From a virus (lineage: Duplodnaviria; Caudoviricetes), in the IMG/VR virus record IMGVR_UViG_3300025120_000004, positions 1-61,012 of that record: a DNA stretch of 61,012 nucleotides. One strand, written 5' to 3'. This document shows, piece after piece, positions 9,609-18,014 of the stretch. Numbering within the stretch: position 1 is the stretch's first letter; every line of letters begins with the position of its first letter. A program made the translations under genes and the position numbers. The notes below the pieces were generated by a model. That model had not been told where the DNA came from, did not search any database, and saw only the letters and a program-made list of their open reading frames with translations.

Positions 9609-10194
9609 ACGTAGAAAGTTCTTTTTTAATTGCAGCAGTCAATGTAAACTTCTGCTCTACTTTAGATATGGTAGATGCAAATGTTTCATTCTTGTTAGCC
9701 TTTACAAAATTAACTACATCATTCCACTTATCGTGTGTCTTTTTTAGTGTAGTCTTTTTAACTGAAGCAGATACTTTTCTAGGAGCAGTCTCACTTATAT
9801 CAGCAAGGTCTTCACCTGCCCATAAAGATAACCCTAATCCATGCATAGCAATAGCTTTAACTGTACTACGCTGTATAGTTTTATTTACTGCAAATGAAGT
9901 AATCTTATCAATAGATAATGATTGGTTGTTGTGGCCCATAATAGGCAGATAATCTATATGCTCTGTACCACCTATAGTAATACCTACTTTTACATAAGCA
10001 GTAGATCCATCACTAAAGTAATTAAGACCTGTGTGTTCTGATTCATATACAGTCCTGTTTGAATCAGGGTACTTGTCTTTTACTATAGCCCAGGCGTATG
10101 CCCAAGATAAGTAATCAAACCTTCCTTTCTTTTCTACTTTGTCCTTTACATTGATTGATGTAAGTTCCTTAAATGTTGATTTTGTGTTTCCCAT
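9598..10194 (-). CDS. Sak3/DUF1071-like single-strand annealing protein
   Basis: YLSWAYAW, VNKTIQR..VKAIAMHGLGLSLWAGEDL. Confidence 0.8.
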   Translation of the reverse strand: MGNTKSTFKELTSINVKDKVEKKGRFDYLSWAYAWAIVKDKYPDSNRTVYESEHTGLNYFSDGSTAYVKVGITIGGTEHIDYLPIMGHNNQSLSIDKITSFAVNKTIQRSTVKAIAMHGLGLSLWAGEDLADISETAPRKVSASVKKTTLKKTHDKWNDVVNFVKANKNETFASTISKVEQKFTLTAAIKKELSTYAK

Positions 10195-10195
10195 T

Positions 10196-10591
10196 TTAAT
10201 TTAATTTAGATATTTGTGTGTATTTATTAATTAGATTTTCTCTTTTTATTTTTAAAGAATCATAGTGCTTTTTATTATTCCTTGTATTGATTTCATTCTT
10301 TATCTTTTTATTTAAGATTGAAATCTTGTCCTTGTAGTTTCCCATTTTTGTAAGGTGAACTCCTTTTATAAAACCGTTATCATACAGAAACTGATATTCA
10401 TCTTCAGTTAATTCTTTGTATGCATATCTTTGTATTCCTGCATTGTATATTTTAATATTATTATTTACATTACAAATCTTAATACCCTTATAAATATATG
10501 ATAACTCTGTCTTATAACTTAAGTTAGTGCATTTTCTACTGGTAGATGCTTCATCCCATAAATCTTTGAGACTATGCATTGTTAATTGCAT
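10196..10591 (-). CDS. Hypothetical protein (131 aa)
   Basis: ORF in operon. Confidence 0.6.
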   Translation of the reverse strand: MQLTMHSLKDLWDEASTSRKCTNLSYKTELSYIYKGIKICNVNNNIKIYNAGIQRYAYKELTEDEYQFLYDNGFIKGVHLTKMGNYKDKISILNKKIKNEINTRNNKKHYDSLKIKRENLINKYTQISKLN

Positions 10592-10862
10592 CTTTTATAA
10601 AAGACTTAACATCAGAATCAGGTGAAGATTGTATCTTTTCTATCCCATATTCTACACCTTGTCTAGCTATATTGTAGCCATTATCAGCCATAAGATCTAC
10701 TATCTGAACTATAGTCATAGGTCTTTGGTAGCATACAGCATACAATAAAAATCTTGCTGTAGAATATTTTGATGACCTGTCTTTTTTAAATAATAAGTCT
10801 CTTGATACACCTGTTTCTGAACAGATATAATCAACGTATCGATTAAATATTCCTCTCTTCAT
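10572..10862 (-). CDS. Second DnaA-C-like small DNA-binding protein
   Basis: ICSETGVSRDLLFKKDRSSKYSTARFLLYAVC resembles the DnaA domain IV start (V...fgv....l.s..R......aR...mYl). Confidence 0.5.
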   Translation of the reverse strand: MKRGIFNRYVDYICSETGVSRDLLFKKDRSSKYSTARFLLYAVCYQRPMTIVQIVDLMADNGYNIARQGVEYGIEKIQSSPDSDVKSFIKDAINNA

Positions 10863-11058
10863 TGGATTTAGTTTTATTTAAGTTAAATTTATCTTCTTCA
10901 CCGAATATTTGTGAAAATGTTACAAATATTTCGTTAAGTATTAGTCGCTGTTTATTAGCGTGGTATTGAGACGACTGGTATGTGTCGTCTAAAAATTCTC
11001 TTAAAGTTTCTGATTGTTGTTCACGCTCTCGGTTGAACATTTCTCTTGATTTTCCCAT
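10843..11058 (-). CDS. Hypothetical protein (71 aa)
   Basis: ORF downstream of a minus-strand promoter box. Confidence 0.6.
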   Translation of the reverse strand: MGKSREMFNREREQQSETLREFLDDTYQSSQYHANKQRLILNEIFVTFSQIFGEEDKFNLNKTKSNEERNI

Positions 11059-11083
11059 GATAATTAAATTAGATTGTGTTTTG

Positions 11084-11091
11084 CAAATATA
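11084..11091 (-). promoter_or_regulatory. Bacteroidota -7 promoter box (TATATTTG)
   Basis: Intergenic TAnnTTTG about 25 nt upstream of ATG 11058. Confidence 0.6.
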
Positions 11092-11106
11092 ATATTTATT
11101 TATTTA

Positions 11107-12150
11107 TTATGCAACTTTTATTTGTTTTAATATGTGTTCTATTACTTTAACTGTCCATCCATTTCCTAACATCTTATATCTTTGTGCATTAGATACACCT
11201 TCGGTATAGTTATCAGGAACTGTTTGCAGTCTCTCGCATTCAATTGGAGTTAATTTTCTCCAATTATATTTCTCATTTATGATACCTTGATTTGGTGAAA
11301 TTGTAGTAACGCAATGAGCTTTGTCTTTTATTAGTCTACCTCTTCTAGTATTACTATTAGGAAATGAAAGATCTAATCCCTCTCCAATACCTGCAGCGGC
11401 ATAACCTTTCTTTGTTGCTTCAGGAAAGCAAACCTTATCGTCTATTCTAATCATACTTCGTTGGCTTCTTTCTATACTGTTCCACCATACAGCTCCATCA
11501 TATCTTGCTGTAAGACAATACGCTTTACCTTTATTAGTAACCATCCTCTCATCAACTACTGAACTTTCAAGCTCTCCTTCTGTTTGAATAATATCGCTTA
11601 GCTTTACCCCTAGGTCTATAGGGGCAAATATATAAGGTATATTAGTCCAATAGTATCTCTTCCTGGTTTGTGCAGATACAAGTGCTGAGTCTATGTATAT
11701 TGGCTCAACTCCTAAGAACTCTGATATAGTATCTCTGTGTTCTTTTGTCATCTTTACATTCTCCAACAAGAAATACTTTGGCTTACATTCTTTAACTAAC
11801 CTCACAAACTCAAAAAACAATTTGCTTCTAGGGTCTTCAAAGTTTAAGTTTTTACCTGCTTTACTAAATCCTTGACATGGGCTACCACCCATGATAAGAT
11901 CTATTCGTCTAGATTTTGGTATGTCCTGTATATATTCAGAACTTTTCTCTCTTACCAAACACTTTCTGTAATCAGAATAACTTAGCTTGGTTACATCCCC
12001 AACATGAATCATGTCAGGGAAGTTTTTCTTTGCTATTTTTATAGCATACTTGTCAATCTCTGATGCGTAGTAGTTGTCTACTTTTACACCAAGATTCTTG
12101 AGGGCTATCTGTCCACAGGACATGCCATCGAATAATGATAGTACATTCAT
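11107..12150 (-). CDS. DNA (cytosine-5) methyltransferase
   Basis: LSLFDG, GGSPCQ, ENV, QTRKR, RKLTP.ECERLQ, LGNG. Confidence 0.92.
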   Translation of the reverse strand: MNVLSLFDGMSCGQIALKNLGVKVDNYYASEIDKYAIKIAKKNFPDMIHVGDVTKLSYSDYRKCLVREKSSEYIQDIPKSRRIDLIMGGSPCQGFSKAGKNLNFEDPRSKLFFEFVRLVKECKPKYFLLENVKMTKEHRDTISEFLGVEPIYIDSALVSAQTRKRYYWTNIPYIFAPIDLGVKLSDIIQTEGELESSVVDERMVTNKGKAYCLTARYDGAVWWNSIERSQRSMIRIDDKVCFPEATKKGYAAAGIGEGLDLSFPNSNTRRGRLIKDKAHCVTTISPNQGIINEKYNWRKLTPIECERLQTVPDNYTEGVSNAQRYKMLGNGWTVKVIEHILKQIKVA

Positions 12151-12158
12151 CTTATTAT

Positions 12159-12458
12159 TTATTGATTAATTTTTTCAAGCTCTTCGATTGCTTCTTCGTA
12201 TGTATCAAAGAATTGTTCGTCACCTGTATCGTAATCAGTCACAAGATAATCAACTGACTGGTTAAAACAAGAACAAATTGAAACTCCGTTTTCTAAAGCT
12301 ATATAAACATAGCCTGAACTAGTATTGAAGCCTGTCCCTCCATACATTATGTATTTGTCACTTGAAGGAATGTTTTCGTATGCGTCAATTACTTTGTGCA
12401 TTGAGGCAATATCTGAACTGCCCATTTCGTCTAAATTAAAATTGATTGTGTTTTCCAT
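12159..12458 (-). CDS. Hypothetical early protein (99 aa)
   Basis: ORF in operon. Confidence 0.65.
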   Translation of the reverse strand: MENTINFNLDEMGSSDIASMHKVIDAYENIPSSDKYIMYGGTGFNTSSGYVYIALENGVSICSCFNQSVDYLVTDYDTGDEQFFDTYEEAIEELEKINQ

Positions 12459-12476
12459 TTATTTATTTATTTATAT

Positions 12477-12746
12477 TTAACATGCGGCCCATCCAATGAA
12501 TACATAGTGCGTATCTGTCTCATAATACACGCACTCTCTCTTGTCTACTCTGTCTAATGCTTCGTCATAAGCATCGTCATCTTTAGGCTCGGATATCTTA
12601 CCCTCTAATGAACAGGTGGCAATAGTACCACTGTACGGATCGTGTCCGTACTCGTACTGTGCATCTTCTCTTAGTTCTTGATACGCATCTCTTGCTGATT
12701 TGTATTGCTTCTTACTCGCTGTGTAATGAATGTTTGTTGCTCCCAT
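12477..12746 (-). CDS. Hypothetical early protein (89 aa)
   Basis: ORF in operon; EYGHDPYSGTI and FIGWAAC ends. Confidence 0.65.
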   Translation of the reverse strand: MGATNIHYTASKKQYKSARDAYQELREDAQYEYGHDPYSGTIATCSLEGKISEPKDDDAYDEALDRVDKRECVYYETDTHYVFIGWAAC

Positions 12747-12749
12747 AAT

Positions 12750-12947
12750 TTAATTGTGTTTATTGATTAATGATTCTATGAATTCTTCTGATGCGTTTGC
12801 ACTACAGTTATCTAGCCTCTCTTGATGTATGCTGTCATCAATTATTAGCTTTAGTTTCTTAATGTTTTTTTGCAAGGCTTCAATCCTAGCTTCGTACATA
12901 TCCACTAAGTGTCCTGTACTTTCTTCACTTAAATTTAGTTTTACCAT
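12750..12947 (-). CDS. Hypothetical protein (65 aa)
   Basis: ORF in operon. Confidence 0.6.
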   Translation of the reverse strand: MVKLNLSEESTGHLVDMYEARIEALQKNIKKLKLIIDDSIHQERLDNCSANASEEFIESLINKHN

Positions 12948-12959
12948 TTTTATTTATTA

Positions 12960-13100
12960 TAAGTTACCTCAAAAGAGGGGCGTCTTTCCGTCCTGTCAGT
13001 CTTGTTGTAATTTGTGCATGTTAAACCCAATTAAAAAGGTGTGAGTCACACTTTAACTGTTAAGCATTACAACGGCCTACATTAGCGACAACTAAGGATT
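12960..13100 (-). ncRNA. Candidate structured RNA element
   Basis: GTTGTAAT/ATTACAAC long stem enclosing a GTGTG/CACAC hairpin; CTGACAGGACGGAAAGACGCCC; CCTC/GAGG hairpin. Confidence 0.35.
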
Positions 13101-13101
13101 C

Positions 13102-13138
13102 AAAAAAAGACTCACTTCATTTTTTTAAAATGATGAGT
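13102..13138 (-). terminator. Candidate terminator overlapping the dispersed motif
   Basis: Minus strand ACTCA-TCATTTT-aaa-AAAATGA-ag-TGAGT-C-T7. Confidence 0.45.
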
Positions 13139-13162
13139 GTGAACACCATCACCTAAAGCTCT
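13126..13162. repeat. Dispersed motif / 30-nt direct repeat copy
   Basis: 13133-13162 vs 17500-17529 identical at 27/30. Confidence 0.85.
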
Positions 13163-13497
13163 GCTGAAAATTGACATTCTCCGTTTTCTTTTACATGGTC
13201 TAGTATTTTCTTGCCTAAACAATAGTCAGCATAGTTGCTCATCTGTTCACTTGTGATACCTGCGTCTTTTTGTTCTTGTGTACTCCAAGTATCTCTGTCT
13301 TTAAAGAACTCATTGACTACCTCCCAGTCTTTCTTTAGTAAATCCAACTGCTCTTTTATTGTAGGCAGGTGGTCTTCATCAAAGTAATAGTCTAAATAAT
13401 TGTTGTAACCAGCGGATCCAAATCTATCTGCTGCGTCACTTGATTGTACTGCAAACATAAACTTGCCGCTTATGTCTCCATCATAATATCTTCCCAT
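13153..13497 (-). CDS. Hypothetical early protein (114 aa)
   Basis: ORF MGRYYDGDISGKFMFAVQSS. Confidence 0.7.
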   Translation of the reverse strand: MGRYYDGDISGKFMFAVQSSDAADRFGSAGYNNYLDYYFDEDHLPTIKEQLDLLKKDWEVVNEFFKDRDTWSTQEQKDAGITSEQMSNYADYCLGKKILDHVKENGECQFSAEL

Positions 13498-13515
13498 AAT
13501 TTCTATTTATTTATA

Positions 13516-13752
13516 TTAGTTAAACTTATTTTCTTGTGCATACTCCCATACTTGTTCATACACTTTGTCCTCATATACAAAATCCCAAAAGAAATCTGTA
13601 ATGTCAATTCCATTTAGCTCCACTAACTGAATCTCCATATCCTCTACAGGGGGGTCTTCGTAAGTCCCACTTGTGTAGTAATACATATACTCTACTAGTA
13701 GTGTATAGGTATCTGTCTTTAATTCGTAAAATCCTTTTTTAGATATACTCAT
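13516..13752 (-). CDS. Hypothetical acidic protein (78 aa)
   Basis: ORF in operon. Confidence 0.6.
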   Translation of the reverse strand: MSISKKGFYELKTDTYTLLVEYMYYYTSGTYEDPPVEDMEIQLVELNGIDITDFFWDFVYEDKVYEQVWEYAQENKFN

Positions 13753-13770
13753 AGTTTATAATTTATTAAG

Positions 13771-13890
13771 TTAATAAAAGTCGTAATATATTTCCATTAC
13801 TTTGTCTCTCTCCTCTTGAGTAAGTTCAGTTCCTTCCTTACCATATAGGTTGAAAGAAATCTTTAAAATTGTTGTACTTGTGTCTGCCAT
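13771..13890 (-). CDS. Small hypothetical protein (39 aa)
   Basis: Own translation MADTSTTILKISFNLYGKEGTELTQEERDKVMEIYYDFY; fills the gap. Confidence 0.5.
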   Translation of the reverse strand: MADTSTTILKISFNLYGKEGTELTQEERDKVMEIYYDFY

Positions 13891-13893
13891 AGT

Positions 13894-14898
13894 TTAAAAA
13901 TTAAATTGATTAATAATATGTTCATCGTCTATAATATTACCGTAACATATATCACAGTAATGGTCGTTGTAATCTAATACAGGCTCAGGGTTGGCACATT
14001 GGCACTCGTAATATTCACTGCCACCCAACAAAGGATTGTCATAAAATCCATACACCTCTTGAGTAAATGTCTTGTGATGCTCTCCCTCATCTTTTACAGT
14101 ATCATTGAAGTATATATAAGGAGTAAGTACAGTACACATATCTTCTAATATAACCTCTGCCTGTCGTCTCTCATACCAAGTAGGGTGTCCCTCTAGCCTG
14201 TCAATACTTGGTAGGCACGTCTTCCTGTCCACTAAGAATAGTTCAATATCTATGTGGTGTCCTACACCTGGTTTGTCAAGTACATAAGGTATACCTTGTA
14301 TCAACATAGGGTATTTCTCTACAGTGTTTGCCTTGCCTACATATATAGAGTCTGCTAGGTGGTAGTCGTAATTACTACCATACCTCTTGAGTGTGCCATA
14401 CACACCAATCAATACCTTGTCAAGTACATTTGTTTTACTATACCAAATGTCATTTACTTTAGTCCAATCAGACTTGTTGTATAGTGTATACTTCTTAGTC
14501 TTTAGGTTGGCAGTAACAAACCTTGAGTCATTCATCTCCAACACTTCTCTCCATCTATTGGGTGGTACGTCTGAAAGTATCTCGGCTAAGTGCTGAGTGT
14601 CTGTCTTTTTCTTGTTACCTAGTCCGTATACTGTACCATTTTGAAACAGTATGTTGTCCTTGTTGATGTCGAATGGGTGACAGTTAGCCTTGCTGACCTC
14701 ACCGATCGTAGCATACCTAAAGTGTGCAATGTATGGTCGGTTAGTTTTGAGTATCATATAGTCTGTGCTATCGTGATAGGTCACGTTCCACTTGTCTAGC
14801 CACAATACGCCTAGTCCATCTGGGTTCTTGACTGATGATGCAATTAGTGTCTCAGTCTTAATTTGTTTCTTGTTGTCTTTAATAATAATTATACACAT
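13894..14898 (-). CDS. Class II glutamine amidotransferase fused to gamma-glutamylcyclotransferase (AIG2/GGCT-like)
   Basis: N-terminal Met-Cys, NPDG.G, HFRYAT.G, NCHPF, QNG, TDT; then VYGTLKR and LEGHP.WYER. Confidence 0.85.
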   Translation of the reverse strand: MCIIIIKDNKKQIKTETLIASSVKNPDGLGVLWLDKWNVTYHDSTDYMILKTNRPYIAHFRYATIGEVSKANCHPFDINKDNILFQNGTVYGLGNKKKTDTQHLAEILSDVPPNRWREVLEMNDSRFVTANLKTKKYTLYNKSDWTKVNDIWYSKTNVLDKVLIGVYGTLKRYGSNYDYHLADSIYVGKANTVEKYPMLIQGIPYVLDKPGVGHHIDIELFLVDRKTCLPSIDRLEGHPTWYERRQAEVILEDMCTVLTPYIYFNDTVKDEGEHHKTFTQEVYGFYDNPLLGGSEYYECQCANPEPVLDYNDHYCDICYGNIIDDEHIINQFNF

Positions 14899-14900
14899 TG

Positions 14901-16148
14901 TTATTCTTCGTTAGTGTGGTTAATAAATTCATTTATATTTGATGATGTCTCTTCTACAATTAAGTACCTTCTAAAGTGATGTGCTAATTCAAATATAGCA
15001 TCTACTTTTTGGTCATTACCATTGTACATCTTCTTGATAATGTGACGTATGTTTGAAAGAAATACTTCGAAATGTACCCTGCGTTCAAATGAGTGGTGCA
15101 TAATCTTGTACATCAAATCATAACGTAACTTTAATTGTTTTACATTGGCCACTGCCGATGGTATCCTAAGCTCAACCTTACAACCCTTGACGTGAACAGG
15201 TGCATACTTGACATTGTTATCTTTCTTTATGCCCTTGTTACTACAGCAATAGCTACGTTTCAATCGGTATCGGTATAGTGCATACAGTATGGCTAACTTC
15301 TCCCTCATTTTGTCTACCAACTCATAGCCATCTGTCATACCATTTACAGATACAGTAATGTGACCACCACAAGTAATATCTTTAGGGCTGTTAATTACCT
15401 TCGATGCCTCGTCCATCATATCGAATACCTTAAGTCGTGCCTTACTTCTAGGAGAGCCTAAAGGTAGTATGTGAGTCACTGCCTCAACACCACAAGAACT
15501 ATCGGTCTCGAATCCTGCAAACAAATCATACCAACCTACTTGGTCACCTTCGTCAGCAGCATCTCCATTTTCTGTATGGAATACGTTTTTCTCTACCTCA
15601 AAGCCAATGTTAAACTGCGTACTGTGGCAATGATATGGACTGTTAAGGTTTTCTACATAGTCTTTACACGTATGATAGTTTCCAATTTCATTACGTTCAT
15701 ATTCTGAACCTGGCATGTTGTCGGTGTCATAATAATATTGATCATCTGCATCGCAGTAATTCGCATCATCTTCTTGAACATAGCTATCTATGTCAATACA
15801 GTATGTTGTATGGTCACAATGTAACCAATGGTCTGATGCTCTTCCTCTTTCAATCCAATAGTAATCGGACTCACAGAAATTTTCTTCGTGTCCGTAATCA
15901 CCACAATAACTTTCTGAAAAGTCATCATCAGTTGAATAAAACTGTTGTGAAACAGTACAATAATAAACATCATCTTTAGGGTGATATCTATCATCATCTA
16001 CTGTATGCTCATAGTTCTCATCTCTGAACTCTATCGTTACCACGTCGCCATCAACATCGTCTATATCATATACACGATAAGCTTCGTCACTTGGTATGTG
16101 TCTATCCATTACCTTAGACCATACCATTTCTTTTAATTGTGTTTCCAT
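14901..16148 (-). CDS. Putative amidoligase (COOH-NH2 ligase) with acidic Cys/Tyr-rich N-terminal region
   Basis: IGFEVEK, DSSCGVEAVTH, CGGHITVS, VELRIP; adjacent to the GATase-GGCT gene. Confidence 0.75.
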   Translation of the reverse strand: METQLKEMVWSKVMDRHIPSDEAYRVYDIDDVDGDVVTIEFRDENYEHTVDDDRYHPKDDVYYCTVSQQFYSTDDDFSESYCGDYGHEENFCESDYYWIERGRASDHWLHCDHTTYCIDIDSYVQEDDANYCDADDQYYYDTDNMPGSEYERNEIGNYHTCKDYVENLNSPYHCHSTQFNIGFEVEKNVFHTENGDAADEGDQVGWYDLFAGFETDSSCGVEAVTHILPLGSPRSKARLKVFDMMDEASKVINSPKDITCGGHITVSVNGMTDGYELVDKMREKLAILYALYRYRLKRSYCCSNKGIKKDNNVKYAPVHVKGCKVELRIPSAVANVKQLKLRYDLMYKIMHHSFERRVHFEVFLSNIRHIIKKMYNGNDQKVDAIFELAHHFRRYLIVEETSSNINEFINHTNEE

Positions 16149-16151
16149 TTT

Positions 16152-16403
16152 TTAAATAGTATAAATTATATTATAGTTATCCTTACCAGGAATGTCTTCG
16201 TACAAGGCTGCGCCTCCATCGTTACCTTCGTCGTCACTCTGTAATATTATGTAACTCTCATCAGTAAACATAATAATGAGTGGTCTTTTGTACCAACCAA
16301 ACTGATCGGCTTCTTCTCTTGTCATATACCTACAAGAGTCTATCTTCTTTCCTTTTAATAGCTTGTCAAACTCTGCTGAATGTGTTTCGTCTTTTGTTCT
16401 CAT
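16152..16403 (-). CDS. Hypothetical protein (83 aa)
   Basis: ORF; DDEGNDGGAL motif. Confidence 0.65.
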   Translation of the reverse strand: MRTKDETHSAEFDKLLKGKKIDSCRYMTREEADQFGWYKRPLIIMFTDESYIILQSDDEGNDGGAALYEDIPGKDNYNIIYTI

Positions 16404-16406
16404 AAT

Positions 16407-16727
16407 TTAATTGTTATGTTTTTTAATAAATTCTACTACTGCTTTGTAGGTAGCTTCAAGTCTTGAGCTTGCTGTCACATCAATAAAAATATAATAGTTC
16501 TCTATATCTTCTACAAAGGCACGATTATATTCTATTTTAAATAAAGTGTTCTCATCTGATACTTCATCTATTTTCTCAACCACAGGCATCAGCCAGTCCC
16601 AAGAGGTGTGGTAGCACACTCCTTTGTTACCTGTTTTAATGTAATCATATCCATTTTCTTTTGAATACACTCCCATAAATTCTGCTATAATTATATTGTC
16701 ATTAATAATTAAATTATTTGCTCCCAT
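16407..16727 (-). CDS. Hypothetical phage protein (YHTSWDWLMPVVEKI type)
   Basis: ORF in operon. Confidence 0.65.
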   Translation of the reverse strand: MGANNLIINDNIIIAEFMGVYSKENGYDYIKTGNKGVCYHTSWDWLMPVVEKIDEVSDENTLFKIEYNRAFVEDIENYYIFIDVTASSRLEATYKAVVEFIKKHNN

Positions 16728-16737
16728 AATTATTTAT

Positions 16738-16995
16738 TTATTTAAAGTTTAGGTGTTCTTTGTCTATTACGTAGATGTACTCACTCCAATCTAACACTAT
16801 CCCCTCTTTGCTGATAGACTTGCATAGGTAATACTTAGGTTCTTTAAGTCTTATATTTTTACGTTCTCCTGAATCTGTGTCTTGTGAGGTAAACAATGCT
16901 CCCTTCACTTTAATAACAAACACTGTGTCTCCCTCTTCTATGTGTCCGAACTTACTGTCGTTTATAGTTGCTTCTAATAAAAATCTGTGTTTCAT
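16738..16995 (-). CDS. Hypothetical protein (85 aa)
   Basis: ORF in operon. Confidence 0.6.
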   Translation of the reverse strand: MKHRFLLEATINDSKFGHIEEGDTVFVIKVKGALFTSQDTDSGERKNIRLKEPKYYLCKSISKEGIVLDWSEYIYVIDKEHLNFK

Positions 16996-17004
16996 AATTA
17001 GTTT

Positions 17005-17280
17005 TTAATATTTTGACAGAATCTCTCTGTCGGTTTCTAATTGTTTTTTGCTCAATACGTTCATCATTGGTGACGTAGTTACTTGACCTAAGTTTTCCGT
17101 AAAAAAAGTATCGTGGTCAAAAAACTGATTTTCATTTGTTTCGTCAATACATCTTATTGATGTGACATTGCGTGAAAGAAAGTCATCTCTTTCGATTACA
17201 TCAAGTACCTTTCTGATGTCATCTGTATTTTGTATTCCATGCTGCACCGGTATCATAACATCTAATATAAATCTTGCCAT
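17005..17280 (-). CDS. Hypothetical protein (91 aa)
   Basis: ORF in operon. Confidence 0.6.
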   Translation of the reverse strand: MARFILDVMIPVQHGIQNTDDIRKVLDVIERDDFLSRNVTSIRCIDETNENQFFDHDTFFTENLGQVTTSPMMNVLSKKQLETDREILSKY

Positions 17281-17283
17281 TTT

Positions 17284-17460
17284 CTAGTTTTTAATTGCCC
17301 AAGATGCTCCTGCACCTAAGTCGGTTAATACTCTCTTTGTTCGAGTCCACCAAGTACACTGGTCCTCTCTGTCTTTGTACTCTTGCTCTGTGTATACGTG
17401 AACCTTTCCGTTCTCTGTTATACAATGTAATCCGTTTACTACTACGTGTTTGCGTTCCAT
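17284..17460 (-). CDS. Small hypothetical protein (58 aa)
   Basis: Own translation MERKHVVVNGLHCITENGKVHVYTEQEY...; fits between neighbours. Confidence 0.55.
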   Translation of the reverse strand: MERKHVVVNGLHCITENGKVHVYTEQEYKDREDQCTWWTRTKRVLTDLGAGASWAIKN

Positions 17461-17493
17461 ATCTTATGGGTTTAAATTAATAATATTCTTATG

Positions 17494-17529
17494 AAAATTA
17501 TGAGTGTGAACACCACTCCCTAAAGCTCT
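17494..17529. repeat. Dispersed motif / 30-nt direct repeat copy
   Basis: AAAATTATGAGTGTGAACACCACTCCCTAAAGCTCT. Confidence 0.85.
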
Positions 17530-17741
17530 TGTAAACAATTTAATTCGTTCATCTCTCGCTTTATTGCGTTCTCTAATCTTCTTCTCTTGTAGATTTCTTT
17601 TGCTTCAGTCCAGGTGCATTGGATCTCGTGCATTATGTCTGTGATAACTTCTCCAAACATTTTCTCTTTTCTCTTTTCTCTTGCAGAGATTAACGCACCA
17701 AGCTCTCCCACTTTTATGCGTATTCTTTTACGTTTTCCCAT
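17520..17741 (-). CDS. Hypothetical basic protein (73 aa)
   Basis: ORF in operon. Confidence 0.6.
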   Translation of the reverse strand: MGKRKRIRIKVGELGALISAREKRKEKMFGEVITDIMHEIQCTWTEAKEIYKRRRLENAIKREMNELNCLQEL

Positions 17742-17745
17742 TTGT

Positions 17746-17847
17746 TTACTTTTTAATAAATTCTTTTACTATTGTTACTATACAAAATAATAGTAATAAC
17801 ACTATCATTCCTGTGATAGTGTAGTCTGTAAATTGTGTTATTGACAT
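17746..17847 (-). CDS. Small membrane peptide (33 aa)
   Basis: Own translation MSITQFTDYTITGMIVLLLLFCIVTIVKEFIKK. Confidence 0.45.
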   Translation of the reverse strand: MSITQFTDYTITGMIVLLLLFCIVTIVKEFIKK

Positions 17848-17854
17848 CTTTTGT

Positions 17855-17989
17855 TTATTTGTTTTTATTTGATTTTTTTCTTATTCTGTCGTAATGTGCT
17901 TGTAGTTCAGCCGTTGATTTGTAAGTTGCTGTTCTCTTTAGTGCAATTCCGAATTCTGAATTCCAATTTAATTTGTCTGTTGCTTCCAT
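17855..17989 (-). CDS. Small hypothetical protein (44 aa)
   Basis: Own translation MEATDKLNWNSEFGIALKRTATYKSTAELQAHYDRIRKKSNKNK. Confidence 0.45.
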   Translation of the reverse strand: MEATDKLNWNSEFGIALKRTATYKSTAELQAHYDRIRKKSNKNK

Positions 17990-18014
17990 AAGCTTTAATT
18001 TAATTTGATTAATA

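Noticed and set aside
11017-11028. Fifth copy of the dispersed motif (TTGTTCACGCTC)
   Set aside because: Only 10 of 11 core bases match; compatible with chance
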